Under the pieces are notes generated by a model. It worked only from the letters and a program-made list of their open reading frames with translations, was not told the DNA's origin and searched no databases. Below, piece by piece: positions 19,863 to 30,545 of a DNA stretch of 64,000 bases. The stretch is from Planctomycetota bacterium. Lineage in GTDB: Bacteria > Planctomycetota > MHYJ01 > WSZJ01. The number at the start of each line of letters is the position of its first letter. Positions within the stretch are counted from its first letter, which is position 1. The DNA lies in contig JBBTCT010000005.1 in assembly GCA_038060895.1 (NCBI GenBank), forward strand, positions 37,713 through 101,712, read 5' to 3'. The translations under genes and the position numbers were made by a program.

Positions 19863-22800
19863 CTAATACCCCCCCGCCTCCACCGGTCCCAGCCTCGTCC
19901 CCGCGGCCGGAAAAACCAGAATCATGGTCGTCCCCTTCCCCTCCACACTTTCAAACGTGATCCTCCCGTTCATATCCTCGATCACCCTGCGCACAATCCC
20001 CAGCCCGAGCCCGGTTCCTTCCGTCTTCGTCGAGAAATACGGCTCGAACATCCGGCCCTTCATGTCCTCGGGGATCCCGACCCCCGTGTCGCGGATCCGC
20101 AAGTGCACCTTGAGCCCTTCTGCGCGTGAGGTGACCGTCAGCATCCCGCCCCCCGGCATGGCCTGAAGAGCGTTCTTCACGAGATTCGTGAATGCGCGCG
20201 CGACCTCGTCGCGGTCCCCCCGGACGGGGGCCAGGGGGCTCTCGAGGTCTTCGACGAAAGTGACCTTCGGCGCGGTCGGCTTGAAGAGCCCGACGACATC
20301 CCGCAGAATTTCGTTCAGGTCGAGTTCGACGATGGCACGCGACGGCTTCCCCGCAAACTGTGAGAAGTTTGTCGCGATCCGGGCGAGCAGGTCGATCTGC
20401 CCGATCGTCATGTCCACGGATTCCTCGAGCTGCTTCGCGAAATCCGCGTCCTGCGCTTCCCAGGCGGCGCGGAGATTCTGAAGCGACAGCTTGAGCGGCG
20501 TGAGCGGGTTTTTTATTTCGTGAGCGACCTGTCGCGCCATTTCGCGCCACGCGCGCTCGCGCTCCTCGCGCGCGAGCGCCTCGCGCCCGCGCACGAGCCC
20601 CTCCGTCATCCGGTTGAACGCGGCGACCAGGTCCGCTACTTCCCCTTCGGCGCGGACGCGCACGCGCACGGTAAGATCGCCCGACTCGATCTTCCCTGCC
20701 GCCGCGGTCAGCGCGGCCACGGGACCCGAGATGCGCCGCGCGATGAAGGCGGAGAGCGGCCAGAGGAGAAGCGCGATGAGCGTCGCGCCGCCCAGGGCGA
20801 GCGTCGTCGCCCTTCCTGCGTCGCCGGCCCCCGTCTCGGGGTCCGCCGCCACGCCGATGATGGCCTTACGCGACCTCTCCGCCGCCGTCCAGGTCGTCCC
20901 TGCCGGCATGACGCCGGCGCCGGGGCGGCCGTGGCGGAAGCGGCCGCCCTGGAGCGCAATTTCGATCCACGTGTTGGCCGGCGTGTACCCGGGCGCAACT
21001 TCCAGCGTGCGCAGGGAGGGCTGACCGACGGCCTTCAGCTTACCGTTGTAGTAATAGTAGACGTCGCGTCCGACGAGGTCCTCCACGTCCGTCAGAATTG
21101 CGTCCGACACGGCGCTGTACTGCCCTCCCGACGCCTCCGCTGCGCGTTTCATTGCAATGGTCGCGGCTTCTTCTTCGCGCTTCTCTCCCGCCTGCTCGAG
21201 GGGGAGATTGCCGAGGGACTGCGCCAGGTATCCGAGACCGCCGACGGGCAGGATGCTGACAGTGAGAAGTGCGAGCGTGAGCCGGACTTCCAGGCGTCCC
21301 GACAGGTCGGGGGACAACGTGCGGGCCGCGCGTGCCGAGAGAAGGAGCAGCACTCCGAACGGCGCGCCGCAGAGGGCAAAGAGGAAAACGGTGCGCAACG
21401 CACGAATCACGGTCTCCACGAACGTCGCACGAGGGCGGCCGAACGCCCAGACCCGGCGGGCGCTGCCGTCCCCCTCCGTGACGCGAAAAAGGGCCTCGTA
21501 CGGCACCCCGGAGAGGTCGATGTTCTGCCAGCGAGGCTCGCCGGCCGGAACCTGGGGCAGCACGGCGGAGAGTCGCGGATCGGTCCAGACGCCTTCCTCC
21601 AGCACGGCGAGAATCCCGCGTGGAACCGGGGCCGAGACGAGCAGAAGAGGCGCACCGGGAAGATTCTCGTCCACGGGCCCCCGGACGGTGGCAAGCACGC
21701 GCCGGGGCCGGTCTTTGTCCGGAGCGATCACGACGGTGTAATCGAACAGGAGGGTCCCGCTGGACGATCGCGGCTGAAGATCACCGGCCTTGTCTTCCGC
21801 TTCGGACGGGATCCAGCCGGGAAGACCGACACTGAAGGATCGCCAGTCGTGTCCGTCGTACGACGCGACGCCGAGCGCGAAACCACGGGCGCTCGAGGCT
21901 TCTGAGTCCGCCCAGATGTCGAGGAGTTCGCGTTCCGTGGGAGGCCGGTTTGAGGGAAGCTCCACGAGCCTGGAGGCCGCCCTCCGGGCGAGGTAACGGA
22001 AGCTGGCATCGACGCCCCCCGCCACCTTTTCGGAGAGACCGGCGAGATCCGACCGCGACTTCGCTTCGGCATCGCTCGTCAGGGCCGCGCCGGAGAGGTA
22101 AGCGGCCGCGAGGGCCCCGCCGACGGCGACGATCGGGATTGCGGGACGGCGGAGCAACAGGAGCAGAAGCCACGGCAGGAACACGAGGGCCGGCGCGTCG
22201 TGAAATCCAGCCAGGGCCATGGCGGCCGTGAGCGCAACCGCCGCCGCTTTCGCCCATTTTCCACGGGATTCCCCGGCCCAGCCCTCGAACGCTTCTCCGG
22301 CCGCCCGGGCGGCCAGCCGCGCTCCCAGGAAACATGCGATTGACCCTGCTGCGATGGAAATCCAGAGCGCGGCGGAGGCGCCCGCGGGCACAACGCTCTC
22401 CGGATCGAGGAGATCGACCCGCGAGTCGCGGACGATCGACGCGAGGTGCTCTCGATAGATCCAGGCGACGCCCGCGAAAACTGCGGGAAGTGCCGTCGCG
22501 AGCCATTTCGGCAGCCCGGGTAGCCCCCGGGCGGAGATGAACGCGATGTGAATGGCGCCGAAGACCGAGGTGAGAGCGAGGTCGCCGGCGGTGCGGGCGA
22601 GGTGGAAGAAGCGGAGAGTGCCGTACTGCGACGTGTCGAACGCGGGCCCCTCGAAAAGGGCGCCCGGGACATCGAGGGCCAGGAGGACGAAGCGTGCGCC
22701 CCAGATCGCCGCGGCGAGGGCGCCGTGTCGCAGCACGGGATGCGATGTCGAGCGAAGAAAGAACAAGGTCGCGGCCAGGATGAGCAAGACCGCGGCAGCG

Positions 22801-23435
22801 CCCGAGATACCGCGAGCCGCGTCGGCCCTGCGTTGCGGCTCTGCCGGCGCTTCGAGGAAGGGCGAGATTCCCTCGCCCACGGCGACGGCTGCGCCGGTTC
22901 CCTCCCAGGCGATCGTGACTCCCGAGCGAAGGGCGATCTCGTCGGCCGGGAACGCGTTCCGCATGAGCAGTTTCGGCAGCGTGACGCGGGGCCGCAGGGT
23001 GCGCGTCGTGACGATGCGCCCGCCCGCCGCCTCGACCTGGCACCATAGATACCACCACGCGGAGTTTTCCCAGACGCCCTTCTCACCGTCGAGCGCCCAG
23101 CCTTCGATGCCGGCCGGTGGCACGCCGGCCCAGACTTCCACACGGCCTTCCTTGACGAAGACCACCGACCAGCTGCGGCGGTCGATCGCGGCGAGCCGGC
23201 TGAAGACTTCCACCGGTTCGCCGCCTTGCTGCACGGCCTGGGCGGCTCGTTTTGCAACGTCGGCGCCCGCGGCGCGTTCGGCCTCCAGGGCCGCGGTGAG
23301 TGCAGCTTTCGCTTCCGCAACACGCGCCGCCGGATCGGCGGGCTTGCCCGCCAGGGCCACGCCCCATGCGACGGCGGCGGCGAGGCCCGCGACGATCGCG
23401 GCGGCGGCGAAGAGGCGGTCGGCTTTCACCGGCAC
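19863..23435 (-). CDS. Large multi-TM HAMP sensor histidine kinase (NtrY-like C terminus)
   Basis: HAMP, AWREMARQVAHEIKNPLTP, NLVKNA, DTGVG, FEPYFSTK, GTGLGL. Confidence 0.9.
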   Translation of the reverse strand: MPVKADRLFAAAAIVAGLAAAVAWGVALAGKPADPAARVAEAKAALTAALEAERAAGADVAKRAAQAVQQGGEPVEVFSRLAAIDRRSWSVVFVKEGRVEVWAGVPPAGIEGWALDGEKGVWENSAWWYLWCQVEAAGGRIVTTRTLRPRVTLPKLLMRNAFPADEIALRSGVTIAWEGTGAAVAVGEGISPFLEAPAEPQRRADAARGISGAAAVLLILAATLFFLRSTSHPVLRHGALAAAIWGARFVLLALDVPGALFEGPAFDTSQYGTLRFFHLARTAGDLALTSVFGAIHIAFISARGLPGLPKWLATALPAVFAGVAWIYREHLASIVRDSRVDLLDPESVVPAGASAALWISIAAGSIACFLGARLAARAAGEAFEGWAGESRGKWAKAAAVALTAAMALAGFHDAPALVFLPWLLLLLLRRPAIPIVAVGGALAAAYLSGAALTSDAEAKSRSDLAGLSEKVAGGVDASFRYLARRAASRLVELPSNRPPTERELLDIWADSEASSARGFALGVASYDGHDWRSFSVGLPGWIPSEAEDKAGDLQPRSSSGTLLFDYTVVIAPDKDRPRRVLATVRGPVDENLPGAPLLLVSAPVPRGILAVLEEGVWTDPRLSAVLPQVPAGEPRWQNIDLSGVPYEALFRVTEGDGSARRVWAFGRPRATFVETVIRALRTVFLFALCGAPFGVLLLLSARAARTLSPDLSGRLEVRLTLALLTVSILPVGGLGYLAQSLGNLPLEQAGEKREEEAATIAMKRAAEASGGQYSAVSDAILTDVEDLVGRDVYYYYNGKLKAVGQPSLRTLEVAPGYTPANTWIEIALQGGRFRHGRPGAGVMPAGTTWTAAERSRKAIIGVAADPETGAGDAGRATTLALGGATLIALLLWPLSAFIARRISGPVAALTAAAGKIESGDLTVRVRVRAEGEVADLVAAFNRMTEGLVRGREALAREERERAWREMARQVAHEIKNPLTPLKLSLQNLRAAWEAQDADFAKQLEESVDMTIGQIDLLARIATNFSQFAGKPSRAIVELDLNEILRDVVGLFKPTAPKVTFVEDLESPLAPVRGDRDEVARAFTNLVKNALQAMPGGGMLTVTSRAEGLKVHLRIRDTGVGIPEDMKGRMFEPYFSTKTEGTGLGLGIVRRVIEDMNGRITFESVEGKGTTMILVFPAAGTRLGPVEAGGY

Positions 23436-23501
23436 ATCTTATGATGAAAGCGCGCGGAAGCGGGCCCGGAGCCCGACCTGCAGGGCTTTCGCGCAGGCTC
23501 G

Positions 23502-23912
23502 TCAGCTGACCTTCTGCCCGGGCGCACTCGCCTTGCGCGGATCAGGCGTCAGCACCGCGACCGAGTCCGCCGTCGTCGCGGCCAGCATCATCCCCTGGCT
23601 TTCGACTCCCCGCAGCATGGCGGGCGCGAGGTTTGCCACGATGACCACGTTCTGTCCGGTCAGCTCCTCCGGCTTGTAGAACGCCTTGACCCCGGCAACG
23701 ATCTGGCGCTTCTCGGTCCCGAGATCGACCTCCAGCACATAAAGCCGATCCGCCTTCGGGTGATCCTTAACCGAAAGAACCTTTCCCACGCGCAGCTCGA
23801 GCTTCCTGAAATCGTCGATCGTCACTTTCACCGGCGCAGCGGGCGCGGCGGTGACGGCGGGAACCGCGGCGGGCTGCGGCGGCGGAACGGGCTGCGGGAC
23901 CGGGTCGGCCAT
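23502..23912 (-). CDS. tRNA-binding OB-fold protein (MetRS C-terminal/Trbp111/CsaA-like)
   Basis: TIDDFRKLELRVGKV...HPKADRL...VDLG...RQIVAG...NLAPAMLRGVESQGMMLAA. Confidence 0.9.
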   Translation of the reverse strand: MADPVPQPVPPPQPAAVPAVTAAPAAPVKVTIDDFRKLELRVGKVLSVKDHPKADRLYVLEVDLGTEKRQIVAGVKAFYKPEELTGQNVVIVANLAPAMLRGVESQGMMLAATTADSVAVLTPDPRKASAPGQKVS

Positions 23913-23960
23913 GGAAGATCTCCTCAGTGCTGTTGGTGTAACGACGTGTTGTACCTCACT

Positions 23961-25685
23961 CTACTTCGCGCCCCTTTTCTCCCACGGAGCGCCCATCCAC
24001 GACGAGTAAATCGCCCGCTGGGCCGCGTTCGCCGCCGGAAGCTTCTCGATCGAGCATCCGCCCACTCTCCGCGATCCCACCACCACGCGGCACCGGCGAA
24101 GGCGGCTTCCACGGAAAAACGTCAACTCCACCCGTTCCCCCGCACGCCGCTCCTCAAGCCGCTTCTCCCACGACTCGTGATCCACCTTGTGCCCTCCCAG
24201 CGCGAGCAGCTCGTCGCCGGCATGAAGCCCCGCGCGCTGCGCAGGCGAGCCCGCCAGCATCCCGAGGACCAGCGTACGCCCCTCCTTCTTCTCCGTGCGG
24301 AAACCGAGCCAGGACTTCAGCGCCGGCTCGCCTTCCTTCCTCGCCTTCGGCACCAGCCGCAATCCGGCGGCGGCCAGGTACCGGTTGTAATTCAACTCCT
24401 CGGTCCCGCGGATGTACTTCTCGAAAAACCCGTGAAGGCTCGCGCCCGCCACCTCCGAGCACGCTTCCTCGTACCGCCCCTCGGGAAACCCGATCCCTTT
24501 CGCCGCGTACTCGCGCCAGAGCAGCCGCAGCACCGTGTCGAGCGACCGCCGCCCCTTCGTCCGCCGCCGGATCTCCAGGTCCAGCAGCAGAGCGACCAGC
24601 GAGCCTTTCTCGTAATAGCTCACCGTCGCGTTCGGCGTGTGCTCCCCCGGGTTGTAGAACTTGATCCACGCGTCAAACGACGAATCCGACAGCGACTGCT
24701 TCGCCCTCCCCGGCGTCTCCTGCACCCGGTCCACCGTCTCCGCAATCATCTTGAGGTACTTCGACGGCAGGATCAGCCCCGCCCGCCGCAAAAACAGGTC
24801 GTCGTAATACGCCGTCACCCCTTCCATCGCCCACAACAGCCGCGTGTAGTTCTCGCGCTCGTAGTCGAACGGCCCCAGCACCTGCGGCCGGAGACGCTTC
24901 ACGTTCCACAGGTGGAAAAACTCGTGCGAGACCAGCCCAAGGAAGCGCTCGTGTTTGTCGTCCGGGCGGAATCCCCAGCGCGAGAACGCCAGCGACGTCG
25001 AGTTCAGGTGTTCGAGGCCGCCGCCTTTGCCGTCGTCGGTGAAGTGCAGGATGAAGAGGTACCGCTCGTACGGCACGGCGCGCATCATGTCGATCTCGGC
25101 CTGGACGATCCTGGGGAGTTCCTTCTGGAAGCGCTTGATGTCGAGGTTGGAATCGCCGCGCCAGATGAAGCGGTGAGGTTTTCCACCGGCTTTGAAGGTG
25201 AACTCCTGGAAGTCGCCGCATTCGACCGGTGCGTCGACGAGGACGTCGTAGTTCGGCGCGGTGAACGCACCTGGTCCGGCCGTGTCGAGCGCGCAGGCGA
25301 TTTTCCAGCCGCGCGGGGCGCGGACTTCGAGGCGGCAGGGCTCGTCCTTGCGCCCGTCCAGGTACATGAGCATGTTGGACGTGACGAGGGCCGCGTGCTC
25401 GTCATCGACGTGCGATGTGCGCACTGTCAGCTCGTGGCAGTACGCCTGCCAGGTCGCGTGGAGTTTCCCGGCCCCCGCGTGGACGCGCCACGTGTTCTTG
25501 TCGATTTTCTCGAAGCGGTGCGTCGAGCGGAACCCGTGGATGTGCTGCGCGAAGTCGCGGATCTTGTACGAGCCCGGCGTCCAGGCCGGGAGCACGAGAT
25601 CCACTGCGCCGTCGACGTCGGCTTCAAGCGTGACGTCGACGAGGTGCGTGTGCGGGTCGGAGATGACGATGCGGTAATGGATCAT
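23961..25685 (-). CDS. M61 family (glycyl aminopeptidase) metallopeptidase with PDZ domain
   Basis: PAWTPGSY, GGGLEH.NS, HEFFHLWN, EGVTAYY, SYYEKG, PDZ GSPAQRAGL.AGDELLA. Confidence 0.93.
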   Translation of the reverse strand: MIHYRIVISDPHTHLVDVTLEADVDGAVDLVLPAWTPGSYKIRDFAQHIHGFRSTHRFEKIDKNTWRVHAGAGKLHATWQAYCHELTVRTSHVDDEHAALVTSNMLMYLDGRKDEPCRLEVRAPRGWKIACALDTAGPGAFTAPNYDVLVDAPVECGDFQEFTFKAGGKPHRFIWRGDSNLDIKRFQKELPRIVQAEIDMMRAVPYERYLFILHFTDDGKGGGLEHLNSTSLAFSRWGFRPDDKHERFLGLVSHEFFHLWNVKRLRPQVLGPFDYERENYTRLLWAMEGVTAYYDDLFLRRAGLILPSKYLKMIAETVDRVQETPGRAKQSLSDSSFDAWIKFYNPGEHTPNATVSYYEKGSLVALLLDLEIRRRTKGRRSLDTVLRLLWREYAAKGIGFPEGRYEEACSEVAGASLHGFFEKYIRGTEELNYNRYLAAAGLRLVPKARKEGEPALKSWLGFRTEKKEGRTLVLGMLAGSPAQRAGLHAGDELLALGGHKVDHESWEKRLEERRAGERVELTFFRGSRLRRCRVVVGSRRVGGCSIEKLPAANAAQRAIYSSWMGAPWEKRGAK

Positions 25686-25784
25686 CTGGTTTGGAGTTGG
25701 GAGTGCTGAGTACTGAGTAGTGAGCAGGGGGTAGTGGGTAGGAGGCAGGAAGGGCGGGGATTCTGGAGGGGTGCTGCTGATGCG

Positions 25785-26627
25785 TCACGCTTTCTCCGCT
25801 GCGACGGCGGGAACCGGATCCGCGGACGAACCTAGGGCCCCCAATTTCCGCTGCACCAGGTATCCGACGACGCCGGCGGGGAATAGAAGGAGCGCGATCC
25901 ACTGCGATGTCATCAGGGGCCCGTACTCGCCGCGCGGGTCGTCTCGCCAGAACTCGACCGTGAAGCGGGCGACCGCGTAGAGGGCGACGTACGACCACCA
26001 GACCTGGCCCCGGAACTTGCGTCTCGGCAGCAGCCACAGGAGAAAGGCGCCTATGAGAAGCGCGGAGGCGACCTCGTAGAGTTGCGTCGGATGACGCGGA
26101 ATCGGTGGAAACTCGTGCCGCTCCGGAATCGCAATCCCCCACGCGACCTCGTGCCCGTAACAGCAGCCGTTCATGAAACAGCCCAAACGCCCGATCGCGT
26201 AGCCGAACGAAATCGCGGGCGCGATGAAATCGCCGAGCTGCCACGGGTGAATTCGGCGCCGCCAGACCATCCAGAAGCAGACGAGGAAGGCGCCGATGAA
26301 ACCGCCGTACCAGACGAGGCCTCCTTCCCACACCTTGAGGAACTTCAGCGGGTCCGCCAGAAATTCGCGCCAGACGTTTTCAAACAGAACGTGGAAAACG
26401 CGCGCCCCGACCACGGCCCCGATCATCGCGCCGAACCCAAGGTCGTAGATCCATTCCAGGAACGCCTTCTTCTCTTCGTCGGTCGCGCCCGGCTTGAACG
26501 GCGGGTCACGCCGGTCGACCGCGATCAGCTTTCTCGTAAGCCAGAACGCCTGCATGAACGCGAGGCAGATGGCCAGGCCGAACGCGTAGATCGGAAGAGG
26601 GCCAATATGGAAGAGGACGCTTCGCAT
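25785..26627 (-). CDS. lgt: Prolipoprotein diacylglyceryl transferase
   Basis: GARVFHV, WEGGLVWYGG, AIGRLGCF.NGCCYG, RHPTQLYE, RF.VEFWR, SQW. Confidence 0.93.
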   Translation of the reverse strand: MRSVLFHIGPLPIYAFGLAICLAFMQAFWLTRKLIAVDRRDPPFKPGATDEEKKAFLEWIYDLGFGAMIGAVVGARVFHVLFENVWREFLADPLKFLKVWEGGLVWYGGFIGAFLVCFWMVWRRRIHPWQLGDFIAPAISFGYAIGRLGCFMNGCCYGHEVAWGIAIPERHEFPPIPRHPTQLYEVASALLIGAFLLWLLPRRKFRGQVWWSYVALYAVARFTVEFWRDDPRGEYGPLMTSQWIALLLFPAGVVGYLVQRKLGALGSSADPVPAVAAEKA

Positions 26628-26810
26628 CGGGGCCGAATTGTAGGGAGGCGGCGGCGATCCGACGATGAAGACTTTAGAATCAGGGGCGTCGGCGCGATTT
26701 TCCTTCTCCCGCCGCTGCATTTCCCTATCCTCCTCCGCCCATCCCGGCGCGGGGCAGCCCGGACCGTGCTAAGCTTCCCCCCGCTCCGCGATCAACGAAA
26801 GGCCCGCGCC

Positions 26811-29800
26811 ATGTCCGCCCAGCCCATCCGCTCCGTGCTGTTTGGCAAGCTCGCTGTCAGCACGCGCTTCATCACCGAAGAGCAGCTCCAGGAGTGCCTT
26901 GCGTACCAGCGCGAGCTGGAGTCGCAGGGAGAAGCGCCGCCACGCCTGGGCGAGGTCCTGGAGCGGAAGGGCTATCTCACCAAGAACCAGGTCCAGATCG
27001 TGCTCGACTCGATGGCGAAGACGCAGAAGCGGCGCTTCGGCGAAATCGCGATGTCGTTCCAGTTCGTGTCGGAACGGCAGGTGGCCGAGGGGCTCGAGCT
27101 GCAGGCGCTTCTCGAAAAGGCGCCGCCCCCGGAGGAGATCACACTTACGGCTCAGGCGCTGGTCGCTTACCGGAGGTTCTTCGCGCAGAAGAAGTCGCAC
27201 GCGGATCGTCCGAAGCTCGGGGAGGCGCTGACGGCGCTGGGGCACCTGCGGACGCACCAGGTGGACGCGGTGGTCGAAGAGCAGTCGAAGGTCATCGTGA
27301 GCTGCGGCGAATGCCAGGCGAGCCTGAACATCACGAATTTTGAACCGGGGCAGAAGCTGCGCTGCGCGCAGTGCGGCTCGGTGCTGACTGTGGAGAAGAA
27401 CGAGAACGGCGCGATGTTCCTGCAGCTGCCGCCGCGGACCGGGATGTTTACGTCGCCGGTCGCTCCGGCGGTGCCGACGCCGATGCCGGCGGAGGGCCAG
27501 CCGTCGGCGAGCCTCGAAGCGCCGCTTCGCGCGAGGGCGCAGGCCCCCGAAGAAGATCTGCCGGCATGGACGGGACTGCCCGTCGCGGACAGCGAAGTGA
27601 ATGCCCCGGGCGCGCGGGCGCCGGCCGCACCTGCGGCCCCGCCTGCGGCGGCGGCCGCGGCTTCGGCCACCGATGCGCTCAAGAAGCAGGCGTCCGGCGC
27701 CGATTCGCAGGGTCCCCTTCCCTCCCGCCTCGGAGACTTCAAGCTCCTGCAGCGCCTCGGCGAGGATTCGAGCAGCCGCGTCGCGAAAGCGCTCCAGGTG
27801 TCCCGCGATCGCGTCGTGGCGCTTCGGGTGATGCGGCGCAGCGTGATGCTGGACGACGCGTTCCGCGAGAAGTTCCTCGAAGACGCGCGCAAGGCGGCGA
27901 ACCTCGACCACCCGAACATCCGGAAAATCTTCAGCGTCACGAAGATCGACGAGCGGTACTGCGTCGCGATGGAGTTCCTGGAGGGCGAGAGCGTCTATTC
28001 CATCCTTCAGAAAGAGCCGGCGATCCCCTGGCGGGACGCGGTCCAGATCATGCGTCCGATCCTGCAGGCTCTTTCGGTGGCGCATAAGGCCGGCGTCGTT
28101 CACGGCGACGTGCGGCCGTCGAACATCATGATCACTGCCGACGGGACGGTGAAGCTGGCGAACCTCGGGGTTTCGGCGAAGGCGGACGACAGCGTTCTCA
28201 AGGTCAGCGAGAGCGGTCGGGTCGCGCCGTTCTACATCGCGCCCGAATGCGTCACCGGGGACCGCCCCACGGACCAGCGCATCGACATCTACTCGGTCGG
28301 CGCAACCCTCTTCCACATGATCAGCGGGAAGCCGCCCTTCCAGGGCAAGAGCCCCTTCGAAGTGCTGGTCAAGGTGTCCACCGAGACCATCCCGCCGCTC
28401 AAGTTCTTCGATCCCGGGGTGCCCGACTCGCTGAACTCCATCGTGCATCGCATGCTCGATCCCGAACCGGACACCCGCTACGGGACCTGCGCGCAGGTTC
28501 TCGAGGATCTCGAAGCCGCCGTGAGTTCGCGGCCGATTCCGTCGGCCCCCGCAACGGCGACTCCGCCGCCGCCGAAGGGCCCCCTCGTTCCCGTCCTCGT
28601 CGTCGTGGGCATCCTCATCGCCGCCGGCATCGGCTGGCGCTTCTACCAGGCCACCGAACGCTCCGCCGCCTTCGAGGCCGCCCGCGCCCGCGCGACCAGC
28701 GCCCGCCAGTCCCGCGTCGAATTCAACACTGCCCGGGCGGAACTGAAGCGCTTCACGGACGCCTGGCCCGGCACATCCGAGGCCGAGGAGGCCGAGCGTC
28801 TCGTGTCCGAACTGCGGAGCCGGGAAGACGCGCTCGCGAGCAAGGAACTCGACGACGCCAGGACGGACGTCGCGTCCCTGATTTCGGCGGGCAAGTTCGG
28901 AACTGCTGCCACGCGCGTCAACACTCTCGTGTTCTGGACGGATCCCTCGCCGAAACTCGATGAACTCCGGAAGCAGATCGAAACGGAAGCGTCGAAGGCC
29001 TGGGAAACCGTGGTGGCGGACGCGCTCAAACTGGCTGAGGACGGCAAGGTCGCCGAAGCCGACGCCATTGTGTCTGCGGCCATCTCGTTGCGCGCGCTTC
29101 AGTCCGATGAACGCCGCGCCGCGGAACTGAACAAGCAGCTGGGCGCCATCAAGGCGAAGATCGAGGAGCAGGCGAAGGCGGACAAGGCCGAGCGCGAGCG
29201 CAAGGAAGCGGCCGAGCGGCTGCTGCGAGAGACGGAGGCGGCGCGGAAGCGATGGGACCGGCTCTCGGGCGACTTCGACCGGGCGCTGGCGAAATGGGAC
29301 CTGGCGATCGCGGCGAAAGTTGTCGAGACGCCGGAGGCCCAGCAGGCCGGGACGCAGGCCGATCGCGACCGGCTTGTGCGAATTTCGAAGTGGCTCCACG
29401 AGACGAAGCAGGCGGCGATGACGTCGCTGATCACGACTCACGCATCGTGGGACGGAAAGCCCGAGAACGACCGCCGTCTTCGCGCCCGGATCAACGGCGT
29501 GGAGTGCCGGGCGACGAGCGCCGACGAAATGGCCGTCACGTTCATGCCGGCCGGGGGAATTGGCCAGGCGGTTCTCTGGATCAACATCGAGCCCGCCGTT
29601 GTCGCCGAGGCGCTTCGCCGCGGCGCGGAAGCGACCAAGAAGCCGGAGCACGAGCTCGCGGCCGCGGCCTGGTGTGCGGCTCGCGCCCCGGGCACGGAAC
29701 CGGAAGTCGAGCGGGGACTCCTTGAGTCCGCGGAACGCCATCTCGCAAGAACCGCGGAGATCAAGGACGACGCGACTCCGCTCGGCTTCCGCCTGGCGCT

Positions 29801-30485
29801 CTGGGCGGAACGCCTGCAGAGTGAAGGGCTCGAGCGCCTCCGCGACCTCGTCGCGCAATCGAAGTTCGCTGAGGCCGCGCAGCACGATCGCGCCTTCCGG
29901 AACGGGTTCGGCCGGCGCCCCTGGTCGCTCGAGCACGCGGCCGACCTCGACGGGCTCCAGAAGTCGGCGCTCCTCGCCGGCTCGCCTGCAGAGAGAAGCG
30001 ATTGGTCCGATTTCAATTCCGGCCCGGACCCCTTCAAGGTTTCCGAGGGGTGGAAAGCTGCGAATGGCGTCCTTGCCGGCAACGGCAAGGAGGAGACCCT
30101 CACGTTCAACGCTTCCGGGATCGAGGAAATCGCGTTTCTGTTCCGCTTCCCCAAGCCCGATTTCCGTCTCGTGCTCACGGCTGGAGACGCCGACCTGCGG
30201 CTCGAGCCGTCCCGCCCGCGCTTTGACCTGCTCGTGAAGCGCGAGGGCTCCACGCCTCTTCAGAAGGCCCTGAAGGAAAAGGGAGACGAGTTGCGCGCGC
30301 GCGATTGGCACCTGCTCCGCGCGCGGTTCGACGGCACCAACGTCACGGTCTGGCTGGATGGCGAAGAGTCGGGCTCGATGGCGATGGCATCGCGCCCGGA
30401 CGGATTCACGCTGACGCTGGCGGGGGTGAGCCAGACGCAGACGGGGGTGGCTGATCTGGACTGCGTGCTCGTGAAGCGGAAGTAA
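26811..30485 (+). CDS. Membrane-anchored Hanks-type (pseudo)kinase with N-terminal LGE-type repeats and Zn ribbon
   Basis: FGKLAV/RLGEVL/RFGEIA/KLGEAL repeats, CxxC-x15-CxxC, kinase fold (LDHPNI, AMEFLEG, YIAPE, DIYSVG), TM, extracytoplasmic helical and beta-sandwich region. Confidence 0.85.
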   Translation: MSAQPIRSVLFGKLAVSTRFITEEQLQECLAYQRELESQGEAPPRLGEVLERKGYLTKNQVQIVLDSMAKTQKRRFGEIAMSFQFVSERQVAEGLELQALLEKAPPPEEITLTAQALVAYRRFFAQKKSHADRPKLGEALTALGHLRTHQVDAVVEEQSKVIVSCGECQASLNITNFEPGQKLRCAQCGSVLTVEKNENGAMFLQLPPRTGMFTSPVAPAVPTPMPAEGQPSASLEAPLRARAQAPEEDLPAWTGLPVADSEVNAPGARAPAAPAAPPAAAAAASATDALKKQASGADSQGPLPSRLGDFKLLQRLGEDSSSRVAKALQVSRDRVVALRVMRRSVMLDDAFREKFLEDARKAANLDHPNIRKIFSVTKIDERYCVAMEFLEGESVYSILQKEPAIPWRDAVQIMRPILQALSVAHKAGVVHGDVRPSNIMITADGTVKLANLGVSAKADDSVLKVSESGRVAPFYIAPECVTGDRPTDQRIDIYSVGATLFHMISGKPPFQGKSPFEVLVKVSTETIPPLKFFDPGVPDSLNSIVHRMLDPEPDTRYGTCAQVLEDLEAAVSSRPIPSAPATATPPPPKGPLVPVLVVVGILIAAGIGWRFYQATERSAAFEAARARATSARQSRVEFNTARAELKRFTDAWPGTSEAEEAERLVSELRSREDALASKELDDARTDVASLISAGKFGTAATRVNTLVFWTDPSPKLDELRKQIETEASKAWETVVADALKLAEDGKVAEADAIVSAAISLRALQSDERRAAELNKQLGAIKAKIEEQAKADKAERERKEAAERLLRETEAARKRWDRLSGDFDRALAKWDLAIAAKVVETPEAQQAGTQADRDRLVRISKWLHETKQAAMTSLITTHASWDGKPENDRRLRARINGVECRATSADEMAVTFMPAGGIGQAVLWINIEPAVVAEALRRGAEATKKPEHELAAAAWCAARAPGTEPEVERGLLESAERHLARTAEIKDDATPLGFRLALWAERLQSEGLERLRDLVAQSKFAEAAQHDRAFRNGFGRRPWSLEHAADLDGLQKSALLAGSPAERSDWSDFNSGPDPFKVSEGWKAANGVLAGNGKEETLTFNASGIEEIAFLFRFPKPDFRLVLTAGDADLRLEPSRPRFDLLVKREGSTPLQKALKEKGDELRARDWHLLRARFDGTNVTVWLDGEESGSMAMASRPDGFTLTLAGVSQTQTGVADLDCVLVKRK

Positions 30486-30545
30486 GGCGCGGGCAGCCGC
30501 TTCCGGTCTGGTGGTCCGGCGGTTCGGGGACTAAACTGGTCCCAA

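Noticed and set aside
26769-30311. Long antisense and alternate-frame ORFs (also 7484-10840, 14011-16413, 52757-54496 and others)
   Set aside because: Shadow ORFs of real genes, expected in high-GC DNA; Arg/Pro/Ala-rich or mirror-codon composition with no motifs.
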